From: Candidatus Woesearchaeota archaeon
GTDB taxonomy: Archaea > Nanobdellota > Nanobdellia > Pacearchaeales > GW2011-AR1
NCBI GenBank assembly: GCA_964528215.1
Contig: CAZGSA010000002.1
Location: 1-34,561, forward strand
Direction of reading: 5' to 3'
Length of the DNA stretch: 34,561 bases
This document shows, in pieces, positions 26,133-34,219 of the stretch; position 1 is the first letter of the stretch; each line of letters opens with the position of its first letter. A program made the translations under genes and the position numbers. The notes beneath the pieces were generated by a model. That model was not told where the DNA came from and did not search any database. It saw nothing but the letters and a program-made list of their open reading frames with translations.

Positions 26133-26930
26133 TCATTTGGTTTGGATTTTCTGGACCCAAAAATCTTTGATTTTTGAGGTTTTTAAATCTTTATTTTTTA
26201 CAATAAAAAACATATAGGTCATACTTTTAGAATAAAAATACTTAATTAATTTTAATTTTGCTTTTTTAATTTCTCTACTTGTTAGTCTAACAGAAGGCAT
26301 ATGAACATAACAATGATAATTAGTTCTCCAAGAGCTATACTCTAATTTTTTTCTTTTAAAAATATTAAAAAAGAACTTAAAAGTATCAAGAATAGCAAGA
26401 CTAATTGCCCTTTTTATATTTGAATACCTGTAATAAGTTGTAAATATCAAAATTCCTTCTGGTTTCATAACTTTTTTTATTTTCCTAAGAAGTCTGACCC
26501 TTTCCTTAATATTGCCAATAACAGATTTAAACATAATAACATAATCAAATGATTTTGGTTTTAAGAACTCCAACTCCATAATATCCTTAGTATAAAACTC
26601 AATATCTATCTTATTTTGTTTAGCATACACTCTAGCAGATTCTATTAATCTCTCTGAAATATCTATTCCAAGAATATCAAAACCTTTTTTCTTAATTGCA
26701 AAAACTTCTCTTCCACCCCCACATCCTAATGCCAAAACCTTGCCCTTTTTATTTTTAAAATAAAAATCAATAACTTTCTCTTCATCTGGGTTTAAATTCT
26801 GATTAATATTTGCTGTCTTTTCATAACTTCCCCCAGTAGAATAATCTCTAACAACTTCTCTTAAAATCTGCTGTTCATCAATTTCCCTAAACTGATTCTT
26901 AAATTCAGAAATTTTTCTTTTAATATCCAT
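26133..26930 (-). CDS. Class I SAM-dependent methyltransferase
   Basis: VLALGCGGGREV is motif I. ILGIDISERLIE, FDYVIMF and GILIFTT follow. Confidence 0.75.
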   Translation of the reverse strand: MDIKRKISEFKNQFREIDEQQILREVVRDYSTGGSYEKTANINQNLNPDEEKVIDFYFKNKKGKVLALGCGGGREVFAIKKKGFDILGIDISERLIESARVYAKQNKIDIEFYTKDIMELEFLKPKSFDYVIMFKSVIGNIKERVRLLRKIKKVMKPEGILIFTTYYRYSNIKRAISLAILDTFKFFFNIFKRKKLEYSSWRTNYHCYVHMPSVRLTSREIKKAKLKLIKYFYSKSMTYMFFIVKNKDLKTSKIKDFWVQKIQTK

Positions 26931-26993
26931 TTTTATATTATGTGTTTTATTTACACCTCAATAATCATTTCTCTTAACAATCTTCATAAGACC

Positions 26994-28139
26994 TTATCCT
27001 TTTGAGTTATCCTTAGTTTCATATTCTTTTCTAATTATATTCATAATTCTGCAGGCTGTTTTTCCATCCCAAAGTTTAGGGATTTCACCATCTTTATATT
27101 TGTTTTTTAATATTTTATCCACTTTTTTCTCAATTTTTCTAATATTAAACTTAACAATACTATTTGTTCCAATTGTCACTGTAATCGGCCTCTCTGTTTC
27201 TGTTCTTAATGTTAAACAGGGAATTTTAAGATAAGTTGTTTCTTCTTGTAAACCTCCTGAATCAGTCATAACAAATTTACTATCTAAAATAAGACTTAAC
27301 ATATCTTTATAGCCAAGAGGTTTGATAATTTCAAGATTTTTAATAGATTCTAATCTTTTTATTAATCCAAACTCAATTAATTTATTCCTAGTATTTGGAT
27401 GAAGGGGAAGAACTACTTTAATTTGTTTAGTTATTCTGTTTAACGAATTTAAAATACTTTCAACCCTTTGTCTTTTAGCAAGATTTTCATGCCTATGAAA
27501 TGTTAAAACAGCATACTTTTTCTTTTCTAATTTTAATTTCTCATAATAATTAATTTTTCTAGCTTGTTTTAGATTTTCTATTAAAGAATCAATCATGATA
27601 TTGCCTACAAAAAATACTTTTCCCTTATTTTTTTCAATCTTTAGATTTTCATTTGCAGATTTTTCAGTTGTAAACAATAGTTTAGAATTCCTATCAATTA
27701 ACTTTCTGGATTTTTCTTCAGGCATTTTATTATTAAAACTCCTCAAACCAGCCTCAACATGTGCTACAGGGATTCTAAGACTTTTAGCTATTAAAGCCAT
27801 ATAGGCAGAAGAAATAACATCTCCTACAACAATAACTAAATCTGGGTGAGCTTTTTTTAAAATATTTCTAGCATACCTTGCACTTGTTAAAAAAGCAATA
27901 GCCTTTCTGAATTTAGAAGCTTTTTTTACTTTACTGCTTAAACCAAGATTAAAATTTGGCTTAGGAATCTTAAGTTCTTTAAAAAAAACATCACTCATCA
28001 TTTCACTCTTATGCTGTTCAGTATAAAAAATACTAAATCTTATTTTTTGTTTCTGAGATTCATGAACAAGAGGGGCAATTTTCATAAAATTAGGCCTACT
28101 TGCCACAACAAACATAACTCTTAATTCATTATTCTCCAT
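26994..28139 (-). CDS. wecB: UDP-N-acetylglucosamine 2-epimerase, non-hydrolysing type
   Basis: Motifs are VMFVVASRPNFMKIAPL, VVGDVISS, VAHVEAGLRSFNNKMPEEKSRKLID (the HVEAGLRS...PEE signature of WecB/MnaA), TFHRHEN and MTDSGGLQEE. Confidence 0.85.
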   Translation of the reverse strand: MENNELRVMFVVASRPNFMKIAPLVHESQKQKIRFSIFYTEQHKSEMMSDVFFKELKIPKPNFNLGLSSKVKKASKFRKAIAFLTSARYARNILKKAHPDLVIVVGDVISSAYMALIAKSLRIPVAHVEAGLRSFNNKMPEEKSRKLIDRNSKLLFTTEKSANENLKIEKNKGKVFFVGNIMIDSLIENLKQARKINYYEKLKLEKKKYAVLTFHRHENLAKRQRVESILNSLNRITKQIKVVLPLHPNTRNKLIEFGLIKRLESIKNLEIIKPLGYKDMLSLILDSKFVMTDSGGLQEETTYLKIPCLTLRTETERPITVTIGTNSIVKFNIRKIEKKVDKILKNKYKDGEIPKLWDGKTACRIMNIIRKEYETKDNSKG

Positions 28140-28180
28140 ATTATTATCCAGAAATCTAAGAGTTTTTAAATATATATGAA

Positions 28181-29179
28181 CTATTTTTCTAATATTTCAA
28201 CTTCTCTAACAATTTTATCAATAGCATTTTTACCTAATTTTTTAAAATTAATTTCTTTTTTCTTATTTTTTTTCTTAATCACTTGTTCAATTAATTCAAT
28301 GCTTGGATTTGTATTATAAACCATCAACCCTTTTTTAATCAGCCATTTGTCAACTTCAAGCAATTCTCCACTGTAAAGAGAAATAACGGGAACTTCTAGA
28401 ACTGCAGCTTCTCTATTCATTGTCCCTCCGGCACTCATAACTAAATCAACATATTTCATTAAACTAGGGGCATGGACTGGTTTTTCCAAGACAATAACAT
28501 TTTTTATTTTCTTATATTGCTCTTTCTGCTCTTCTGTTCTAGGAGAAAGAATAATCTTATAACCTTTAAAAGCAAGAGTTGTAACTAATTTAAATAATGG
28601 GTCTCCAATATGATAAACAGCATTAGATATCTCTGTCCTAATCAAAATTTTTTTACCTTTTATTTTCTTAATCTTTTCTATACCTTTTAGATTACTCTTA
28701 AAATCAGCTAAATAGACGGCTTCTTTTATTCCAGGATATCTTACAAATTTTTTATTTTTCTTATCCAATCCCATTGCTTCTGGGTAAATTACCTTATTAG
28801 CTAGTGGAAAAGTCAGATTATTTTGAAGTTTAGCATATTCATTATCAAAAATATAAACACTTTTCTTATTTTTTAAAAAACCAGCATAGATAATATAAGG
28901 AGATTGATGAGATAAACAGATATCTGGATTTTCCTGCCTAATATATTTAGCAATAGCCAACACCCTTCCAACTGCATTAAACAATTTACTAAAAATATTT
29001 TTTCCAGCATGCTTGCCAATGACAATATATTTTAATTTAAATAAATCTAATAATCCCAAGGTCTGAGCATGCTTTCTAGCGATTATCTTGACATTATGCC
29101 CTTTTTTCTCTAATCTCTTAATAATTGGATAAAAAAATAATACATGCGGCGAATTTGACATATCTATTAGTATTTTCAT
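28181..29179 (-). CDS. DUF354-family protein (GT-B-like fold, function unknown, mainly archaeal)
   Basis: MKILIDMSNSPHVLFFYPIIKRLEKKGHNVKIIARKHAQTLGLLDLF matches the N-terminal signature I remember for DUF354. The C-terminus GGTMNREAAVLEVPVISLY resembles the nucleotide-sugar binding loop of MurG/epimerase-like GT-B proteins. Confidence 0.65.
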   Translation of the reverse strand: MKILIDMSNSPHVLFFYPIIKRLEKKGHNVKIIARKHAQTLGLLDLFKLKYIVIGKHAGKNIFSKLFNAVGRVLAIAKYIRQENPDICLSHQSPYIIYAGFLKNKKSVYIFDNEYAKLQNNLTFPLANKVIYPEAMGLDKKNKKFVRYPGIKEAVYLADFKSNLKGIEKIKKIKGKKILIRTEISNAVYHIGDPLFKLVTTLAFKGYKIILSPRTEEQKEQYKKIKNVIVLEKPVHAPSLMKYVDLVMSAGGTMNREAAVLEVPVISLYSGELLEVDKWLIKKGLMVYNTNPSIELIEQVIKKKNKKKEINFKKLGKNAIDKIVREVEILEK

Positions 29180-29281
29180 AATAATACAGATTTTTGTTTT
29201 TTATAAATTTATTTAAACCCCATAATCCTTATAAACGCAAATTTCTCTTTAATCATATATAAACCAGATTAAATAATTATA

Positions 29282-30823
29282 ATGGATGCTAATACTCATG
29301 CGGAAAATTTAGTTGAAGAGCTTACTGAAAAAAGAAAACAAAAACTATTTAATTGGTTTCAAAAACCTTACAATACTTTCTTATTTCTTATTCTAGCATT
29401 TATAGCCTTATTTAGATATTATTTATTATTTAAAACAAAAACTCAGGCCCTATGGTATGATGAAGCTTTGTATTTAATGTTAGGAAGAACATATGCTGGA
29501 TTAACTCCTGTTTTTTCTGCACCACAAAGAGATTATTTTGTTTCAATGCTATGGAGTTTGTTAATTAGATTAGGATTAGGAGAATTTACTTTAAGATTTA
29601 TAACAGTTACATTAGGAATAGCAAGCTTGTTCTTTTTTTACAAGCTTGTGGAACATTTTTATAATAAAAAAATAGGACTAATTGCTCTTGTTTTAGCAGC
29701 AGTTTTTTATGAACCTATTTTTTGGTCTATGAGATTAGATATTGGAACTTACTCCGTATTTTTTATACTAGTATCTCTAACAGCATTTGTTAAGGCTTTA
29801 AAGACTAAAAAAACATGGTTATTCATAACTGCCTCAGCATTTGCCGTTTTTGGATTTTTATCTCATGCACCAGGAGTATTAATAATATTATTTTACATTG
29901 CATTTGGTTTAATTTATACTCAATTTAGATTTTATAAATCAAAAAAATTCTGGATTTGTTTTATAGTCTTCTTACTAATCTTATCACCTTTTATTGCCTA
30001 TAATCTAATATCAAAAGGAGAGATTTATCCAAGGTATCAATCAGGATGGTTTGAAAGAGATGCTCAGGTTCGTCCAATAGGAGAATCTCTTGTTTATTTA
30101 ACTACAATTCCTCAACTATTAGGTATATTTGTATTTATATTTTTTATAATTGGTTTAATCTTAAGTTTAGATGTTTTTATTTCCATAGACCAGTACTTGT
30201 TTAAGCGAAAACCTACAAAAAACGAACTTAAAAAGGGTTTTTTTCTTTTAATTGGACTAATTTCTCTTGCCTTAGGAGTTCAGTCATTGATTGTAAATGG
30301 GGGAGGATATTATGAACCAAGATATATAATTCCATTTTATCTTACTTGTTTTGTTTTTGCAGCAGTTGGAATTGACTTTGTTTCCAAAGAATTAAAAAAA
30401 TATTCAAAACCTCTTTCAATTATTTTAATAATAGTAGTACTTATCTTTGCAGGTTATACAAATTTAAATCAGGCTTCAGATTTAACAATGTCTAAGGCAG
30501 AGAGTTATCAGGGAATAAAACAAGCAGCAGTATGGATAAGCCAAAACGCAGGTCCAGAAGATAAGATTATAACTTTTGAACATGCTCAGGTAATTTATTA
30601 TGCACAAAGAGATGCTATTTCAGTAGGAACATCAAGTAATATATCAAATCAGATTAAAGCAGAACATGCTCGCTATCTTCTTAATTGGGCAGGCCAGTAT
30701 GAAAAATTCCAAGAATTAAATGCTTTTGCAGAAAGCAATGAATATGTTGTTCCTGTTGGAACCTTTCCTGCAGGAAATCAACCAACAACCATTGTTTATA
30801 AAATAGAAGATGGTTTTTTTTGA
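29282..30823 (+). CDS. GT-C fold membrane glycosyltransferase (ArnT / PMT, GT39/GT83-like)
   Basis: 513 aa with about 11-12 TM helices. WYDEALYLMLGRTY in the first extracytoplasmic loop is the acidic DE motif typical of polyprenol-phosphate-sugar-dependent GT-C enzymes. A soluble C-terminal domain of ~110 aa follows. I see no WWDYG motif, so it is not an AglB/STT3. Confidence 0.7.
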   Translation: MDANTHAENLVEELTEKRKQKLFNWFQKPYNTFLFLILAFIALFRYYLLFKTKTQALWYDEALYLMLGRTYAGLTPVFSAPQRDYFVSMLWSLLIRLGLGEFTLRFITVTLGIASLFFFYKLVEHFYNKKIGLIALVLAAVFYEPIFWSMRLDIGTYSVFFILVSLTAFVKALKTKKTWLFITASAFAVFGFLSHAPGVLIILFYIAFGLIYTQFRFYKSKKFWICFIVFLLILSPFIAYNLISKGEIYPRYQSGWFERDAQVRPIGESLVYLTTIPQLLGIFVFIFFIIGLILSLDVFISIDQYLFKRKPTKNELKKGFFLLIGLISLALGVQSLIVNGGGYYEPRYIIPFYLTCFVFAAVGIDFVSKELKKYSKPLSIILIIVVLIFAGYTNLNQASDLTMSKAESYQGIKQAAVWISQNAGPEDKIITFEHAQVIYYAQRDAISVGTSSNISNQIKAEHARYLLNWAGQYEKFQELNAFAESNEYVVPVGTFPAGNQPTTIVYKIEDGFF

Positions 30824-30887
30824 TTTTCTTAATGTAGACAAAATAATAGAAATATTTAAATAATTTAAACATCACAATTACATTACA

Positions 30888-31133
30888 ATGGTAATGGATA
30901 CATTACAGATAAGAATGAATAAAGGATTATTAAAAAGAGTTGACACTTTAGTAAAATCAGGAGTTTATTCTAATAGGTCTGATGTAATTAGGGATGCTGT
31001 AAGAAGATTTGTTTGGGAAAAGGAAGTAGGTAGCATCCCCAATAAAGATAAGAATTCAGTGGATCAGATAAGAGAGATAAGAAAAAAATTATCAAGTGAG
31101 AAGATAGATTTAGATGAAATTAATAATTTATAA
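30888..31133 (+). CDS. Ribbon-helix-helix (CopG/NikR-N-like) DNA-binding protein
   Basis: LQIRMNKGLLKRVDTLVKSGVYSNRSDVIRDAVRRFV is a textbook RHH. The beta-strand is followed by helix-helix with the G.Y.sRSe.iR.A.R pattern. Confidence 0.7.
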   Translation: MVMDTLQIRMNKGLLKRVDTLVKSGVYSNRSDVIRDAVRRFVWEKEVGSIPNKDKNSVDQIREIRKKLSSEKIDLDEINNL

Positions 31134-31136
31134 TTT

Positions 31137-31565
31137 CTATAATAACTCTTCTGGTTTTTTAGCTATAACAGAGTACTTTTTAGCAAGTCCTATTAGTAGT
31201 TTATCTCTTGTTATTAATATGGCATTAGTTTGTTTTGCAAGTAGCATATGAATAATGTCATAAAAACTTATATTAGGGTTTTCTTTTTTGATTTTAGTTG
31301 CTAAATCAAATTCTTCCTTGGAGAATATAAGTTTCTTAAAATTAGGAGACATATCAAATAATTCTCTTTTATTAAGATACTCATCTGTTGATAAGATAAA
31401 CATTAATTCGTTTAATAAGAATCCCGAATAATAAATAGCGGATTCTTTTTCATCCACTTTATCAAAGAATTCCTTAGCATGTTTCCATAGAAGATTGCCA
31501 GAGCTATCACTTTCTTTTTACCAAAGGTTTAGGTATATGCAACTATCAACATAATATGATTTCAT
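31137..31565 (-). pseudogene. PIN-domain (VapC-like) toxin gene interrupted by an in-frame TAA at codon 16
   Basis: The minus strand from ATG 31565 reads MKSYYVDSCIYLNLW-TAA(31520-31518)-KESDSSGNLLWKHAKEFFDKVDEKESAIYYSGF... and continues in the same frame into ORF 31137..31457. That ORF ends FYDIIHMLLAKQTNAILITRDKLL, which are PIN C-terminal motifs. The first catalytic Asp (YYVD) lies upstream of the stop. Confidence 0.65.
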
Positions 31566-31603
31566 TAAGATAAATAGATTAATAGTTATATACTATTTGC
31601 TAT

Positions 31604-31639
31604 AAAAAACCATCCCATCAAATCAGACAAAATGTCTGA
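31604..31639 (-). terminator. Candidate terminator downstream of gtrA (7-bp hairpin followed by a T6 run on the minus strand)
   Basis: On the + strand, tcagaca-aaa-tgtctga at 31623-31639 forms a perfect 7-bp stem. The minus strand then reads ...ggttttttat (A6 at 31604-31609). It lies about 90 nt past the gtrA stop, so the assignment is weak. Confidence 0.3.
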
Positions 31640-31730
31640 ATGCCCCTGCCAAACATAACCCTCACCATTAACTCCTGTGCAAATCATTATAAAATTATCT
31701 GTTAACAATTATTAAAATATATTTTTATTT

Positions 31731-32099
31731 TCAATCATAAATAATTCTAAACCAATAAAAAGCTAAAAATCTTAAGACAAACAAGATAATTTCTGCAATA
31801 GGAATTGCAATAAATGCAGAAAGAGTCATATAATCTATCATAACAATTTCTGCAAGTGTAAGCAATATTGTTGAAGTTATACTAATTGCTAAAAATGTAA
31901 AAAAACTTTTTTTCAAAAGCCTGATTTTTCTATAACCAACATACTTAATAAAAAATACAGCAATATTCATAATCAGCAAGACAATAGAAGCCCTATAATT
32001 TAAAATATCTATAAAAAAAGTAGCAGCTAACCAGCCTAAAATTGTTGCTAAAATCCCTACTGTAAGATATTTTGAAAAATTAATTATATGTTTTTTCAT
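31731..32099 (-). CDS. gtrA: GtrA-family small membrane protein (polyprenol-phosphate-sugar translocation associated)
   Basis: 122 aa with four TM helices. The N-terminus FSKYLTVGILATILGWLAATFF is typical of GtrA-like proteins. It is divergent from a GtrB-like GT2 gene. Confidence 0.7.
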   Translation of the reverse strand: MKKHIINFSKYLTVGILATILGWLAATFFIDILNYRASIVLLIMNIAVFFIKYVGYRKIRLLKKSFFTFLAISITSTILLTLAEIVMIDYMTLSAFIAIPIAEIILFVLRFLAFYWFRIIYD

Positions 32100-32346
32100 C
32101 TTTTATATTATCTTTATAACTATTTACTTCAATAATCTCTAATTAATGTTTATTTAGCCTAACTTCTCTCATCTCACCCTACACACATTAATTTATGAGT
32201 ACTTCTGTATATACTCCTCAGCAAATCTCCATATATGCTCATCAAATATACTTTAGATTATTGATATTAGTTATAGAGTATTATCAGCATCATATGTTTA
32301 ATAAGAACATAATAATCTTTATAAACCATTTCAATATGCTAAATTA

Positions 32347-33282
32347 ATGGAACTTTCTTTAATAATTCCAGTTAATAATGAGGAAGAAAATCTTCCTGGT
32401 TTTTATAATGAATTAAAACAAGTGCTAAAACCTCTAGAAAATCTTAAAAAAACCTATGAAATCATTTTTATAGATGATGGTTCGCTTGATAATTCTTTTA
32501 AAATACTATCAAATCTTGCAGAAAAAGATAAGAATATTAAGATAATAAAATTAAAAACAAATTATGGGCAAAGCATTGCACTAAGAGCAGGTTTAGATAT
32601 TTGTAAAGGAGAGAAAATAATAACTTTAGATGCAGATGGACAGCATGACCCAAAATTCATCCCCTATTATTTTAAAAAGCTAGATAAATATGATGTTGTT
32701 TGTAATATTAGATTAAAAAGGACAAAACTAACAACTAATTTTGGAAACTGGTTAATTAAAAAGTTTTTTAAAAGCAAATTAAAAGATTCTATTGGAGGAA
32801 TGAAAGGTTTGACTAAACAAGTTAAAGAAAATATTTATATTTATGGAGATATGCACAGATATCTTCCACTTCTTGCCCAGTGGAAAGGATTCAAGGTTGG
32901 AGAACAGCCAATCATAGTAAGAAAAAGAAAAAAAGGCAAAAGCAAATACAATCCATTAAAATCTATAAAAGGGTTTATTGATCTTATGACTGTTAAGTTT
33001 TTTGTCTCATATTCAAGTAGGCCAAGTCATATTTTTGGAGGAATGGGGATATTTAGCACCGGGATAGGAATTTTGCTATTACTCTTACTGACTATTAGGA
33101 AATTGTTTTATCTAATTCCTATTGGACAAAATCTGCCTCTTTTTATGCTAGGAATTTTACTCACCTTAATTGGATTTAACTTTATCTTTTTTGGATTTGT
33201 AGGAGATATGATTTCTTATAATCATCTCTCGCAGTGTAATCAAAAAAATTATATTGTTGATGAAGTTGTTAAGAAAATTTAA
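32347..33282 (+). CDS. GT2 polyprenol/dolichol-phosphate glycosyltransferase (GtrB / DPM1-like) with two C-terminal TM helices
   Basis: Motifs are LSLIIPVNNEEENL, IIFIDDGSLDNS and LDADGQHDP (DXD). The C-terminus has hydrophobic helices GMGIFSTGIGILLLLLL and LFMLGILLTLIGFNFIFFGFVG. Confidence 0.85.
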   Translation: MELSLIIPVNNEEENLPGFYNELKQVLKPLENLKKTYEIIFIDDGSLDNSFKILSNLAEKDKNIKIIKLKTNYGQSIALRAGLDICKGEKIITLDADGQHDPKFIPYYFKKLDKYDVVCNIRLKRTKLTTNFGNWLIKKFFKSKLKDSIGGMKGLTKQVKENIYIYGDMHRYLPLLAQWKGFKVGEQPIIVRKRKKGKSKYNPLKSIKGFIDLMTVKFFVSYSSRPSHIFGGMGIFSTGIGILLLLLLTIRKLFYLIPIGQNLPLFMLGILLTLIGFNFIFFGFVGDMISYNHLSQCNQKNYIVDEVVKKI

Positions 33283-34088
33283 CTAACCAGCTCATTCATC
33301 CTAACAAACTCAACACCTTTGTTTTTAAAATATTTAATAAACTTATCCAACTTTCTAGCAAATTTATCTCCTGTATTTCTTACATAACCCGGAACAGGCC
33401 CCTTTTTAATAGGATAAAACTCCCATGAATGAACATAAAGAACAACAGGAATGTTTTTTTTCAATAAACCCTCGACAATCTTAATTGTATAAATCAAAGG
33501 CAAGTTTCTCATAAAAATCCAGTGAAAAGGAAAACGAAACTTATAACTTGCTGATGCAGGAATTTCAATAAGCTTGTTTTTTAAAGTTTCATTATAAATT
33601 TCAAAAGGTTTTAATGGATTATCTTTATACTCTTTTTTTCCATATAAAAAAGGAATATAGGCTGAATTACTAGAACTATCATATTTAAATCCAAGTTTAG
33701 TTAAAACTTCTATTAATTTTTCAGAAGATTGCATTTGAGCAGCTCTAAAACCTACAATATTTTTATTTAATATTTTTTCAAGAATTTTTTTAGCTTTTAC
33801 AATATCCTCTCTTAAGTTTAAATTTGTATTACCTCTATAAAAATGATTATAACCATGACATCCAATTTCATGGCTCTTTGCAATTTCTCGAACTTGTTGT
33901 TCATGTTTTTCAGCAAAAAAACCAGTTATAAAAAAAGTTGCAGAAATCTGGTTTTTTTGAAAAATATCTAAAAGCCTTTTATTACCTTTAAAACTAAACA
34001 ATGTGCTATTATGGTAGATGTCCTCCTCCTTTTTATTCCTTAATTCAAAAGCATTCCACTGCTCACAATCAATTGTAATTGCTATCAT
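33279..34088 (-). CDS. Polysaccharide deacetylase (carbohydrate esterase family 4-like)
   Basis: ITIDCEQW, ATFFITGFFAEKH, EIGCHGYNH and VGFRAAQ follow the order of the CE4 NodB-homology motifs. Its stop overlaps the stop of the convergent GT2 gene (TTAA at 33279-33282). Confidence 0.75.
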   Translation of the reverse strand: MIAITIDCEQWNAFELRNKKEEDIYHNSTLFSFKGNKRLLDIFQKNQISATFFITGFFAEKHEQQVREIAKSHEIGCHGYNHFYRGNTNLNLREDIVKAKKILEKILNKNIVGFRAAQMQSSEKLIEVLTKLGFKYDSSSNSAYIPFLYGKKEYKDNPLKPFEIYNETLKNKLIEIPASASYKFRFPFHWIFMRNLPLIYTIKIVEGLLKKNIPVVLYVHSWEFYPIKKGPVPGYVRNTGDKFARKLDKFIKYFKNKGVEFVRMNELVS

Positions 34089-34168
34089 TTTAAATTTTTA
34101 TCATCAATAGTTTATAAGATTATTAAATATTGTTCTCTATTATTCTGATAAATAATATCTTGTCCAGC

Positions 34169-34214
34169 TTAATCTACTCTTCTTCATAACATTATATTCT
34201 TGAGGTTATTGATG
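34169..34214 (+). repeat. Intergenic motif copy (beta type)
   Basis: ttaatctactcttcttcataacattatattcttgaggttattgatg. It closely resembles aaatctactgatcttcagccagacataataaacagttattgatg at 1108-1151 and shares head and tail with the alpha copies. It keeps the + orientation even though both flanking genes are on the minus strand. Confidence 0.55.
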
Positions 34215-34219
34215 TATTA

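Noticed and set aside
29282-30823. The GT-C membrane protein as the archaeal oligosaccharyltransferase AglB
   Set aside because: I could not find a WWDYG motif or a DK/MI motif. The N-terminal loop DE motif and the size fit ArnT/PMT-type enzymes better.
31518-31520. Stop-codon reassignment or programmed readthrough at the in-frame TAA of the PIN gene
   Set aside because: TAA terminates many well-supported genes in this window, for example at 1646-1648, 2069-2071 and 33280-33282. I see no readthrough context or downstream structure. A pseudogene is the simpler explanation.
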